The position numbers and the translations under genes were made by a program. This document shows positions 18,728-26,647 of a DNA stretch of 64,000 bases, one piece after another. The notes beneath the pieces are model-generated. The model had not been told where the DNA came from, did no database searches, and saw nothing but the letters and a program-made list of their open reading frames with translations. Numbering within the stretch: position 1 is the stretch's first letter; the number at the start of each line of letters is the position of its first letter. Source of the DNA: Candidatus Levyibacteriota bacterium (GTDB lineage Bacteria > Patescibacteriota > Microgenomatia > Levybacterales > UBA12049); the NCBI GenBank assembly GCA_016199085.1, contig JACQHJ010000004.1:16926-80925 (forward strand), written 5' to 3'.

Positions 18728-21700
18728 ATGAAATTAGACGGCATAAGACAAAAAGTATTTTTAGATAGATATTCATTGAAAGACATTAAAGGAGCCCCAA
18801 TTGAAAAAACTCCTGATGAAATGTGGAAGAGGGTTGCCAAGGGTATTGCCAGTGTCGAAAAGAAAAAAGATAGAAAGAAATGGGAGAAGAAATTCTTTGA
18901 AGTGATGGATGGCTTTAAGTTTTTACCCGGCGGAAGAATTTTAGCAGGTGCCGGAACAGGTTTTGACGTTACCTATTACAACTGCTTTGTTATCCCAAAT
19001 CCTCCTGATTCAAGAGGCGGGATAATGCAAAATTTAACACAGATGATTGAGATTATGGCACACGGTGGGGGCGTAGGACTTAACCTTTCCTCTTTAAGAC
19101 CAAGAGGATCAAGGGTTAAGAAAGTAAACGGATTTTCATCGGGTCCTCTAAATTGGGCAGAGCTTTATTCCCTTGCTACAAAAGATATTGTTCAACAGGG
19201 AGGTTGTTTTACAAAAGATGCAAAAATAATGACCCATAAGGGACTTATAAGCATTGAAGACATTGTAGGAAGTAATGGAAATTATTTTGCTCAAACACAT
19301 AAAGGTCTTAAAAAAATTACTGCAAAATTCGATAATGGTATAAAAGAAGTATTTGAGGTTGAAACATTAGGAGGATACAAAGTAAAGGTAACCAAAGACC
19401 ACAAATTTTTGACATTTACAAATAATGGCAATTTCTATCTTAAAAGACTGTCTGATTTACTAAAAGGAGATTCTCTTGTTTTACTTTCGTCAATATTCTT
19501 GGATGAAATCCCGGAGGTTTTATTAAAAGACAATATTGCAAGGCCCTCAAAGTTTTCCTATGGAAGAAGAACTGTTAATTTTCCAAAGACATTAACAAAA
19601 GATCTTGCTTTTGTTTTGGGAGTATATGCAGTTGATGGATCAAGAGTTAAAGACGAATATGCTTTTTCAAAAGGTCTTAGATTTGCAGTTGATGCAAAGA
19701 GAAAAAAAGACCTTAAACTACTTGTAAAAACAATATCCTCTCTTTTTGGTGTAACACCAATTTTAAGAAAAGGAGATGGGAATGTAATAGAGGTTAGTCT
19801 TTATTCCAGAAATCTGGTTGAGCTGCTAAGACTTAATAATCTCTTAAAAGAAAATTCAAATAAAGTTTTTGTTCCGGAACAGATTTTTTCATCTCCCAAA
19901 AGCGTTGTTGAAGCCTTTATCGCAGGAGTATTTTTTGGAGACGGTGGAAACAGGGGAGGAAAGGGAGGATTTAGAATAACTTCCGTAAATAAAAAATTTA
20001 CGGAAGACATCCAACTTCTTCTTTTAAATCTTGGTGTTGCCTCAAAACTTACAAAACAGGTAAGAGGCAGTTGGCAAGACTTATACACCTTAAATGTCAA
20101 TGGAGCTAAATTTATGAAGAGATTTTTGGAAATAGTTGCTCCATTTAATGAAAAGGCATTTGATAATGCAATTTCAACAAGGGATGCATTTTATAATTTT
20201 CCGATAAATGTTGTTAAAAGATTTGCCTATCTTTCCGGGATCCAAAGAACAATTGCTTACACAAATCCAACAACCTCATATAAAACCCTTGCTTTTATGG
20301 AAAATAATATGTCAAGAATTGATGATAAAGATATTGAAGATACCGAGATTTTAACATCAACGATTTCGGATAAAATTAAAAAAATTACAAAACTTGGGCT
20401 TGAACAGGTTTATGACCTTGAAGTAGGAGACGTTCATCTTCTCTCGGGTAATGGATTCTATACATCTAACAGTAGAAGGGGTGCTTTGATGTTAATGCTT
20501 AACGACTGGCATCCGGATATTGAAGAGTTTATAACTGTCAAACAGGATTTAAACAAAATAAACGGAGCAAACCTTTCGGTCTGTATTTCAGACGCATTCA
20601 TGGAAGCTATCAAAAAAGACGCTGATTGGGACTTGGTTTTTGCAGACCTGGATGATAAAAAATATGATAAAAAATGGACAGGAGACTTAGATGCTTGGAG
20701 GAAAGCCGGCGGAAAAGTTAAAGTAGTAAAAACAGTTAAAGCAAAATATCTCTGGGATCTAATCTGTACCGCTGCTTGGAAATCTGCAGAGCCTGGACTT
20801 CACTTCTTGGATAGGTCAAATAAGAGATCAAATACTTGGTATTTTGAGACTTTGACAGCCACGAATCCGTGCCTGACAGCAGATACATGGGTGCACACTA
20901 ATCAAGGACCTCGTCAAATAAGTGACTTAATTGGAAAACAATTTGTCGCGCGGGTAAATGGCGCAGACATTTTATCTGGGCCTCAGGGATTTTTTAAGAC
21001 TGCCACTAAGCCAGTTATTCATTTAAAAACAAAAGAAGGCTATAGTTTACGATTAACAAAAGATCATCTTATTCAATATGTTTCTACTATGAGTCGTTAC
21101 TCTACTAAAACAAAATGGCGAGAAGCCGGAAAACTTCAAAAAGGAGATTTAGTTGTCTTACAAAATCATAGTAGTAATAATACTTGGGAAGGAAATTACA
21201 GTCATAAGGAAGGTTATCTTATGGGAATGCTTATTGGGGATGGAACATTAAAACAAGATAAAGCAGTTTTGTCAGCATGGTTACCTCGCAGGACAACTTC
21301 TGTTGGATTAACACCAAGCGGTCAACAGGCAGTTATGGAGAGTGTTTCTTATGTGGCTATGTCTTTGCCTCATAGGGTAGATTTTAACGGATGGAGCAGG
21401 GTAAAAAATCGTGGAGAATACAGGCTTTCTCTTGCATCAATAAAGCAATTGGCAGAGGAGTTGGGAATGAGGCCGGGATATAAAACAATAACAAAACTCA
21501 TGGAAGAATCTTCAAGCGATTTTTATAAAGGATTACTTAAAGGACTTTTTGATACAGACGGTTCAGTACAAGGAAATCAAAGAAAGGGAGTAAGCATAAG
21601 ACTAGCCCAATCAGACCTGTTCTTATTAGAAGCAGTCCAAAGGATGTTGCTTAGGCTTGGTATTACCTCAAGAATATATAAAAATCGTCGCCAGGAGGGA

Positions 21701-23572
21701 ACTAAATCATTGCCTGATGGTAAAGGTGCAACAAAGGAATATCATATTAAAGCCCAACATGAATTAGTAATAAGTGGTAGTAATGTACTCCTTTTCTCAG
21801 AGCTTATTAATTTTGAAGACACTCAAAAATCATCTCGTTTAAGAAATCTCTTAGGTGCATATAAACGTAAATTAAACAGAGAGAGATTTGTAGCAACAGT
21901 AGAGAGTTTAGAGCTAGATGGAAAAGAGGATGTTTTCGATGTGCAAATTCCTAATCTTCATGCTTTTGATGCAAATGGATTTCATGCGCATAACTGCGGA
22001 GAGCAGCCATTATCACCTTGGGCTGTTTGTAACCTCGGAGCAATGAATCTGGCTGCATATGTAGATAAAAAAGGAGTTTTTGACTATGACAATTTTGGAA
22101 AAGACGTAAGGGTAGCAGTAAGGTTTTTGGATAACGTCATCGATGATACGCATTATTTTTATAAAGAAAATGAAAAAGTAGCAAAAGACATAAGACGTCA
22201 GGGTCTTGGAATATTAGGGCTTGCCGATGCTTTGATAAAAATGAAAATAAAATACGGCGCAGAGGATTCCCTTGTCGTTATTGAAAAAATATTTAAAACT
22301 CTTCGTGACAACGCCTATATTGCCTCATCTGATATCGCAGCCGAAAAAGGAAGTTTTCCAAGATACAACAGAGACAAATACCAAAAAGGCTGGCATATTA
22401 AAAGACTTCCTGAGGAAATTAAGAAAAAGATCTATCAACAGGGAATTAGAAATGCGGTACTTCTAACAATTGCTCCAACAGGAACAACCTCTTTAATTTC
22501 AGGAGTATCCTCAGGAGTTGAGCCTGTTTATGAGTTTGAGTTTATTAGACGCGATAGGCTTGGAGAACATATGATGTACCATCCTTTGTTTGATGAATGG
22601 AAAAAGGAAAATCCAGATAAGCAAAAACCAGACTATTTTGTTTCGGCAAATGACCTAACTCCTGAAGAGCACGTCAAGGTCCAGGCAGTTGCCCAAAATT
22701 ATATTGATTCATCAATTTCAAAAACAGTCAACGCTCCTAAGAAACATACGGTAGAAGACGTTAAAAAGCTTTATGAAATGGCTTTTGACATGGGTCTTAA
22801 AGGAATAACCTATATGAGAGATGGTTCAAGAGAGGGAGTATTATCTCGAAAAGAAGATAAGAAAGAAGAGGTAGCCCAGGTAACCTTGGAGTCAAAACTT
22901 CTTCCCGTTATACCAAGACCTGCGATGGTTGAGGGTGTAACGTATGGAACAGAGACTCCTGTTGGAAAAACATATATCACGATAAATCATGATGAGAAAA
23001 AACAGCCCTTTGAAGTCTTTATAACAGTTGGAAAATCCGGCTCAGACGTTGCCGCCATGGCAGATGCTCTTGGCAGAATGATCTCGTTGGCTCTAAGAAT
23101 CAACGGGCAAGTTGCTCCAAGAGAAAGAATGAGACAGGTTGTAGCCCAGATTGTCGGAATCGGAGGAGCAAGAAGCGTAGGTTTTGGAGAAAACAGGGTC
23201 AGATCTTTGCCAGACGCAGTTGCAAAAGTATTATCTAAACACTTTGAATTTCGGGTAAACGGAATTGTTGAAGACAAAAACCTAACCAATGGACACGCCA
23301 ATGTCCTTACAAATGTAGTAACCAATGGTAATGGTCATGCAGCTACAAAAGCTAATACGCATATTCCAGTTGATGTAGACAATAAAGAGGAAGTAAAAGA
23401 AGAAATTGTAAAATTGGAACAATTAACTCTCCAGACACCTGCCGGAAACTTATCCTCAACTTCCGGAACGTCAACAGGACTTTATGACATCTGCCCCGAA
23501 TGCGGAGGAGCAACCCTTGCCTACGAAGAAGGTTGCAAGAAGTGCTACTCTTGCGGATATTCAGAATGTTAG
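18728..23572 (+). CDS. nrdJ: Adenosylcobalamin-dependent class II ribonucleotide reductase with two inteins; C-terminal TSCPD-like domain and Zn ribbon
   Basis: YNCFV, GGGVG, (QGG)SRRGA, (TNP)CGEQP, CNLG, IAPTGT and SISKTVN motifs, and C-terminal CPECG...CYSCGYSEC. About 817 aa after intein removal. Confidence 0.96.
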   Translation: MKLDGIRQKVFLDRYSLKDIKGAPIEKTPDEMWKRVAKGIASVEKKKDRKKWEKKFFEVMDGFKFLPGGRILAGAGTGFDVTYYNCFVIPNPPDSRGGIMQNLTQMIEIMAHGGGVGLNLSSLRPRGSRVKKVNGFSSGPLNWAELYSLATKDIVQQGGCFTKDAKIMTHKGLISIEDIVGSNGNYFAQTHKGLKKITAKFDNGIKEVFEVETLGGYKVKVTKDHKFLTFTNNGNFYLKRLSDLLKGDSLVLLSSIFLDEIPEVLLKDNIARPSKFSYGRRTVNFPKTLTKDLAFVLGVYAVDGSRVKDEYAFSKGLRFAVDAKRKKDLKLLVKTISSLFGVTPILRKGDGNVIEVSLYSRNLVELLRLNNLLKENSNKVFVPEQIFSSPKSVVEAFIAGVFFGDGGNRGGKGGFRITSVNKKFTEDIQLLLLNLGVASKLTKQVRGSWQDLYTLNVNGAKFMKRFLEIVAPFNEKAFDNAISTRDAFYNFPINVVKRFAYLSGIQRTIAYTNPTTSYKTLAFMENNMSRIDDKDIEDTEILTSTISDKIKKITKLGLEQVYDLEVGDVHLLSGNGFYTSNSRRGALMLMLNDWHPDIEEFITVKQDLNKINGANLSVCISDAFMEAIKKDADWDLVFADLDDKKYDKKWTGDLDAWRKAGGKVKVVKTVKAKYLWDLICTAAWKSAEPGLHFLDRSNKRSNTWYFETLTATNPCLTADTWVHTNQGPRQISDLIGKQFVARVNGADILSGPQGFFKTATKPVIHLKTKEGYSLRLTKDHLIQYVSTMSRYSTKTKWREAGKLQKGDLVVLQNHSSNNTWEGNYSHKEGYLMGMLIGDGTLKQDKAVLSAWLPRRTTSVGLTPSGQQAVMESVSYVAMSLPHRVDFNGWSRVKNRGEYRLSLASIKQLAEELGMRPGYKTITKLMEESSSDFYKGLLKGLFDTDGSVQGNQRKGVSIRLAQSDLFLLEAVQRMLLRLGITSRIYKNRRQEGTKSLPDGKGATKEYHIKAQHELVISGSNVLLFSELINFEDTQKSSRLRNLLGAYKRKLNRERFVATVESLELDGKEDVFDVQIPNLHAFDANGFHAHNCGEQPLSPWAVCNLGAMNLAAYVDKKGVFDYDNFGKDVRVAVRFLDNVIDDTHYFYKENEKVAKDIRRQGLGILGLADALIKMKIKYGAEDSLVVIEKIFKTLRDNAYIASSDIAAEKGSFPRYNRDKYQKGWHIKRLPEEIKKKIYQQGIRNAVLLTIAPTGTTSLISGVSSGVEPVYEFEFIRRDRLGEHMMYHPLFDEWKKENPDKQKPDYFVSANDLTPEEHVKVQAVAQNYIDSSISKTVNAPKKHTVEDVKKLYEMAFDMGLKGITYMRDGSREGVLSRKEDKKEEVAQVTLESKLLPVIPRPAMVEGVTYGTETPVGKTYITINHDEKKQPFEVFITVGKSGSDVAAMADALGRMISLALRINGQVAPRERMRQVVAQIVGIGGARSVGFGENRVRSLPDAVAKVLSKHFEFRVNGIVEDKNLTNGHANVLTNVVTNGNGHAATKANTHIPVDVDNKEEVKEEIVKLEQLTLQTPAGNLSSTSGTSTGLYDICPECGGATLAYEEGCKKCYSCGYSEC
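19205..20470 (+). mobile_element. Intein 1 in NrdJ (422 aa) with LAGLIDADG-type endonuclease
   Basis: Junctions QGG/CFTKDA...VYDLEV...FYTSN/SRRGA, block B TKDHKF, and endonuclease blocks LGVYAVDGS and IAGVFFGDG. Confidence 0.93.
20870..21994 (+). mobile_element. Intein 2 in NrdJ (375 aa) at the thiyl-radical cysteine, with LAGLIDADG endonuclease
   Basis: Junctions TNP/CLTADT...VFDVQI...HAHN/CGEQP, and endonuclease blocks MGMLIGDG and LKGLFDTDG. Confidence 0.95.
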
Positions 23573-23575
23573 TTA

Positions 23576-24022
23576 ATGATTAAAGCAGTTATTTTTGACT
23601 GGGGAAGGACGATCTACGATAAGGAAAATGAGAATATATTTGCCCAAACACCTGCCGTTTTGGAATATTTCTCAAAAAAGTACAAAGTCGTAGTCGTCTC
23701 TTTGGCAACAGATGGTGATATTGAGACAAGGTTTGCAAAAATTGAAAAATACGGTCTTTGGAAATATCTGGCTTTTGCTCTTTTTCATAAAAACGATAAA
23801 GACGCACTTTTCAGAAATGCTTTTGGCAATTTAAGGCTAAATCCGGAGGAAATCTTAGTAGTCGACGACTACATGAAAAGACTTGAGTTTCCAATTAAAG
23901 CAGGGTGTAAAGCAATTTGGATAAAAAAGGGTAAATTTGCCGATTTTTTGCCAAACGAAGAGACTGGAAAGCCAAATTATATAATAAATAACCTGTCAGA
24001 AATATTAGATTTAGGATTTTAA
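23576..24022 (+). CDS. HAD-superfamily hydrolase
   Basis: MIKAVIFDWGRTI motif I and ILVVDD motif IV. Confidence 0.85.
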   Translation: MIKAVIFDWGRTIYDKENENIFAQTPAVLEYFSKKYKVVVVSLATDGDIETRFAKIEKYGLWKYLAFALFHKNDKDALFRNAFGNLRLNPEEILVVDDYMKRLEFPIKAGCKAIWIKKGKFADFLPNEETGKPNYIINNLSEILDLGF

Positions 24023-24024
24023 AT

Positions 24025-24570
24025 ATGTCAATTTATACAAAATTTGGAGACAAAGGAAAGACCTCATTATATGCCGGAAAAACCGTTTCTAAAGGTAGTC
24101 TACGTGTCAACGCCTATGGAACGGTTGATGAGCTAAACAGTTTTTTGGGTATTGTTCTAACTTTAGTAAAAGATAAAAAATTAAAAGACAAACTCATCAA
24201 TATTCAAAAAGACCTATTTGAAGTTGGGGCTTGTCTTGCAAATCCTACGGGAAACAAAGATAGACTGTTGTCCAAGTATTTAACCCACAGGGTTTTGGAA
24301 TTTGAAGCTGAAATTGACAGTCTGACTAAAAAGCTTCCAAAACTGGAACACTTTATTTTGCCAGGCGGTGGAAAGCCGGGTTCAAGCCTGCATTTTGCAA
24401 GAACTTTGGTAAGAAGGGCGGAAAGAAGAGTGGTGGAGTTATCCGAAAAGGAAAAGATAAATACGGACATAATTATTTTCCTAAATAGACTTTCAGACCT
24501 TTTATTTATGTATGCAAGGGATATAAATTACAAAGAAAAACAAAAAGAATTACTATGGAAAAGTAGATAG
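24025..24570 (+). CDS. ATP:cob(I)alamin adenosyltransferase, PduO type
   Basis: IYTKFGDKGKT, YGTVDELNS, FILPGG, ARTLVRRAER and LNRLSDLLF motifs. Confidence 0.95.
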   Translation: MSIYTKFGDKGKTSLYAGKTVSKGSLRVNAYGTVDELNSFLGIVLTLVKDKKLKDKLINIQKDLFEVGACLANPTGNKDRLLSKYLTHRVLEFEAEIDSLTKKLPKLEHFILPGGGKPGSSLHFARTLVRRAERRVVELSEKEKINTDIIIFLNRLSDLLFMYARDINYKEKQKELLWKSR

Positions 24571-24580
24571 TAAGTTTTCC

Positions 24581-24636
24581 CGGGTGAAGTAGGCGAGATT
24601 CCTACGCTGTGCCGCAACTGTAAAGTCAGAACCCCG
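24581..24636 (+). ncRNA. Compact cobalamin riboswitch aptamer core
   Basis: CGGG-tGAA-GTAGG-cgagatt-CCTAC-GCTGTGCCGCAACTGTAA-AGTCAGAA-cCCCG. This contains the P4 T-loop hairpin, the conserved CCGCAACTG and the B12-box-like AGTCAG, closed by CGGG/CCCG. Confidence 0.8.
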
Positions 24637-24699
24637 TTCCCTCTAAAAGAGGGATAAATAAATCTTCCGAGCCAGAAGTATTGTTTTTATAATATACAG

Positions 24700-24726
24700 C
24701 TCCTCGGAAAAAAGAGGAGTTTTTTT
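24700..24726 (+). terminator. Terminator/RBS-sequestering hairpin
   Basis: CTCCTC-ggaaaaaa-GAGGAG followed by T7 and then directly ATG24727. The 3' arm is a Shine-Dalgarno-like sequence. Confidence 0.7.
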
Positions 24727-25938
24727 ATGAGTAAAGAGAGAATTCAAAGACCAAATGTAATAGAATTTCCAAGAGAGCAATTTGCAATTATCGGCAATAA
24801 TGCGTTAAGACTGGATAGTGTGTCATTAGGATCTCCCAAAATGGCAGAAGTTGTAGACATACGAAGTCATCAAGCAAAAAAACAGTCGGCAGAGGCTTCT
24901 GCTTTTAAGCACGAATTTTACAAAGGCGCAAGCAAAAGACAAATCGAAGATGACGTAGCTTCATATTTGGCAGAATATAGATTTGAAGTTCCTGAATTTA
25001 ACTATACCCTAAATATTGTCGATGACGACTTAATCGATCCTGCAAGCGGAGAATCTATGATAGCAAAGGCAAAAAAGGCTATTGAAGAAAGAGAGAAAGA
25101 AGGCTTAAGTGCCTCAAGAGAAAAAGCCGAATTAAGAGGTTTGGTGAGCTTAAAGATTCAAATTAAGCAAAATCCCAATGGAACGGTTGTCTGGTTTAGT
25201 CCTCCGGGCAAAGAGGAAGAGGGGTATGGGAGATATGGATTCGGTTACGTGGGAAAAAGAATAGGAGACGTTTTGGAAATGACTGCTATAAGAGTTGAAG
25301 ATCCAAATATTGCAGATTTTAATGCTGCAGCAACTGCCCTTTGGGCAGCAGCAGATCTTGAAAAGGCAGAAGATTTTTTAGAATCACCACGCGTTGTAAA
25401 CATTGATCATGAAAAAGTTAAAGAGTTTATTCATGGAAATTTTGAAGTAAAAAACTTCCGAGCAAAACACGTTTTTGATAGGGTAAGAAGAAATCTAAGG
25501 AGTGTAATAAGAGAGTATGCCAGCGTTGCCCAGGGGGAAGACGATGAAAGAAAGCATCTTGCGCTTCATGTAGTGGAGAACTTATCAATTGAACTAAGAC
25601 AAATGTATGAAAAAGAGTTCGAGAGAGGAAATGTTGCCTTTTTGTTAGATCAAGATATTCCAACGCTTGAAACAGCCATGGGATACAAAAAATATATTGC
25701 TCCACCTCCTAAAATCAGGGGAAGCTGTGGGTCAACCGGCAAGGTCGAAAGCAATGATATTTTCAGAAGCATTAAATCTGAAGTAAAAAAGAATATCTCA
25801 AAACAAAGAGATTTTGAATTTAACGAACCTGGTCCATGCAGGCTTTGCGGAAGAGACGTTCCTTGCGGACCTTGCTTTATCTGCGAAAGATGTAACGACT
25901 CGATAGATGCATCCGAGCAGGCAACGCAAGCGGCCTAA
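24727..25938 (+). CDS. Uncharacterised 403-aa protein with Cys-rich C-terminus
   Basis: Long ORF with a WFSPPG motif and C-terminal CRLCGRDVPCGPCFICERC. No family recognised. Confidence 0.75.
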   Translation: MSKERIQRPNVIEFPREQFAIIGNNALRLDSVSLGSPKMAEVVDIRSHQAKKQSAEASAFKHEFYKGASKRQIEDDVASYLAEYRFEVPEFNYTLNIVDDDLIDPASGESMIAKAKKAIEEREKEGLSASREKAELRGLVSLKIQIKQNPNGTVVWFSPPGKEEEGYGRYGFGYVGKRIGDVLEMTAIRVEDPNIADFNAAATALWAAADLEKAEDFLESPRVVNIDHEKVKEFIHGNFEVKNFRAKHVFDRVRRNLRSVIREYASVAQGEDDERKHLALHVVENLSIELRQMYEKEFERGNVAFLLDQDIPTLETAMGYKKYIAPPPKIRGSCGSTGKVESNDIFRSIKSEVKKNISKQRDFEFNEPGPCRLCGRDVPCGPCFICERCNDSIDASEQATQAA

Positions 25939-25942
25939 ATTT

Positions 25943-26080
25943 ATGAAAGACCAAAAAGACTGTAAAGTCTGCTATAAGATTAAATGTAGAAATTGCGGCT
26001 GGGAGCCTAGTGAAAAAGAACTTTCTTTGGTTTTGGCAGGAAAGCTAATCAAGTGTCCCGACTGCGGTGGGGGCAAGTGA
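25943..26080 (+). CDS. 45-aa zinc-finger-like microprotein (below the ORF track cutoff)
   Basis: MKDQKDCKVCYKIKCRNCGWEPSEKELSLVLAGKLIKCPDCGGGK* has three CxxC motifs and starts 4 nt after the previous stop. Confidence 0.65.
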   Translation: MKDQKDCKVCYKIKCRNCGWEPSEKELSLVLAGKLIKCPDCGGGK

Positions 26081-26149
26081 TTTTGTAATAACCTTATAAA
26101 GTTTAATTTAATTGTCCCTTTTAAGTTAAAAATGATATGATTAACTCGT

Positions 26150-26638
26150 ATGGATAATACTCAAAACCCAAGCAATGACAACGATTTAAACGCCGGTGTT
26201 AATGCTTCTCCCGTTCAAAATCCCAATACAAACGGTCAGTATCCAAATGGCCAGGCAGCTCCTTCTATTAATAAAGAGGTTGAAAGGCCGGTCTCAGACT
26301 ATGTAGCCCGTTCTGATATAGAGCCTGTGGTAGACAAAGAAATGGAGCAGGTTGGCGTTCAGACTGTTTCAGATAGGCCAGTGCTTGACGAGGATCATGA
26401 AAAAATAGGCGTTACACATTCTCTGGAGACAAATGTTCCCAAAACCGAAGCCTCGGGAACTGTAGATCTAATGGATGAAAAAGAGGCCAAAGATGTAATC
26501 AATAAATACAAAAACAGCGCCGATCCGATAGAGCACGTCGAGCAGGCGTATTTCCTGCCATCAATTTTTGGATTTGCGACTGTTATTTTGAAGAACTTAA
26601 AAGAAATGCATAAAAGATTAACTGGCAAGAAGGATTAA
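26150..26638 (+). CDS. Hypothetical protein, largely disordered
   Basis: 162-aa ORF with N/P/Q-rich N-terminus, co-oriented 9 nt upstream of the VirD4-like ATPase gene. Confidence 0.7.
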   Translation: MDNTQNPSNDNDLNAGVNASPVQNPNTNGQYPNGQAAPSINKEVERPVSDYVARSDIEPVVDKEMEQVGVQTVSDRPVLDEDHEKIGVTHSLETNVPKTEASGTVDLMDEKEAKDVINKYKNSADPIEHVEQAYFLPSIFGFATVILKNLKEMHKRLTGKKD

Positions 26639-26647
26639 ACTGATAAG

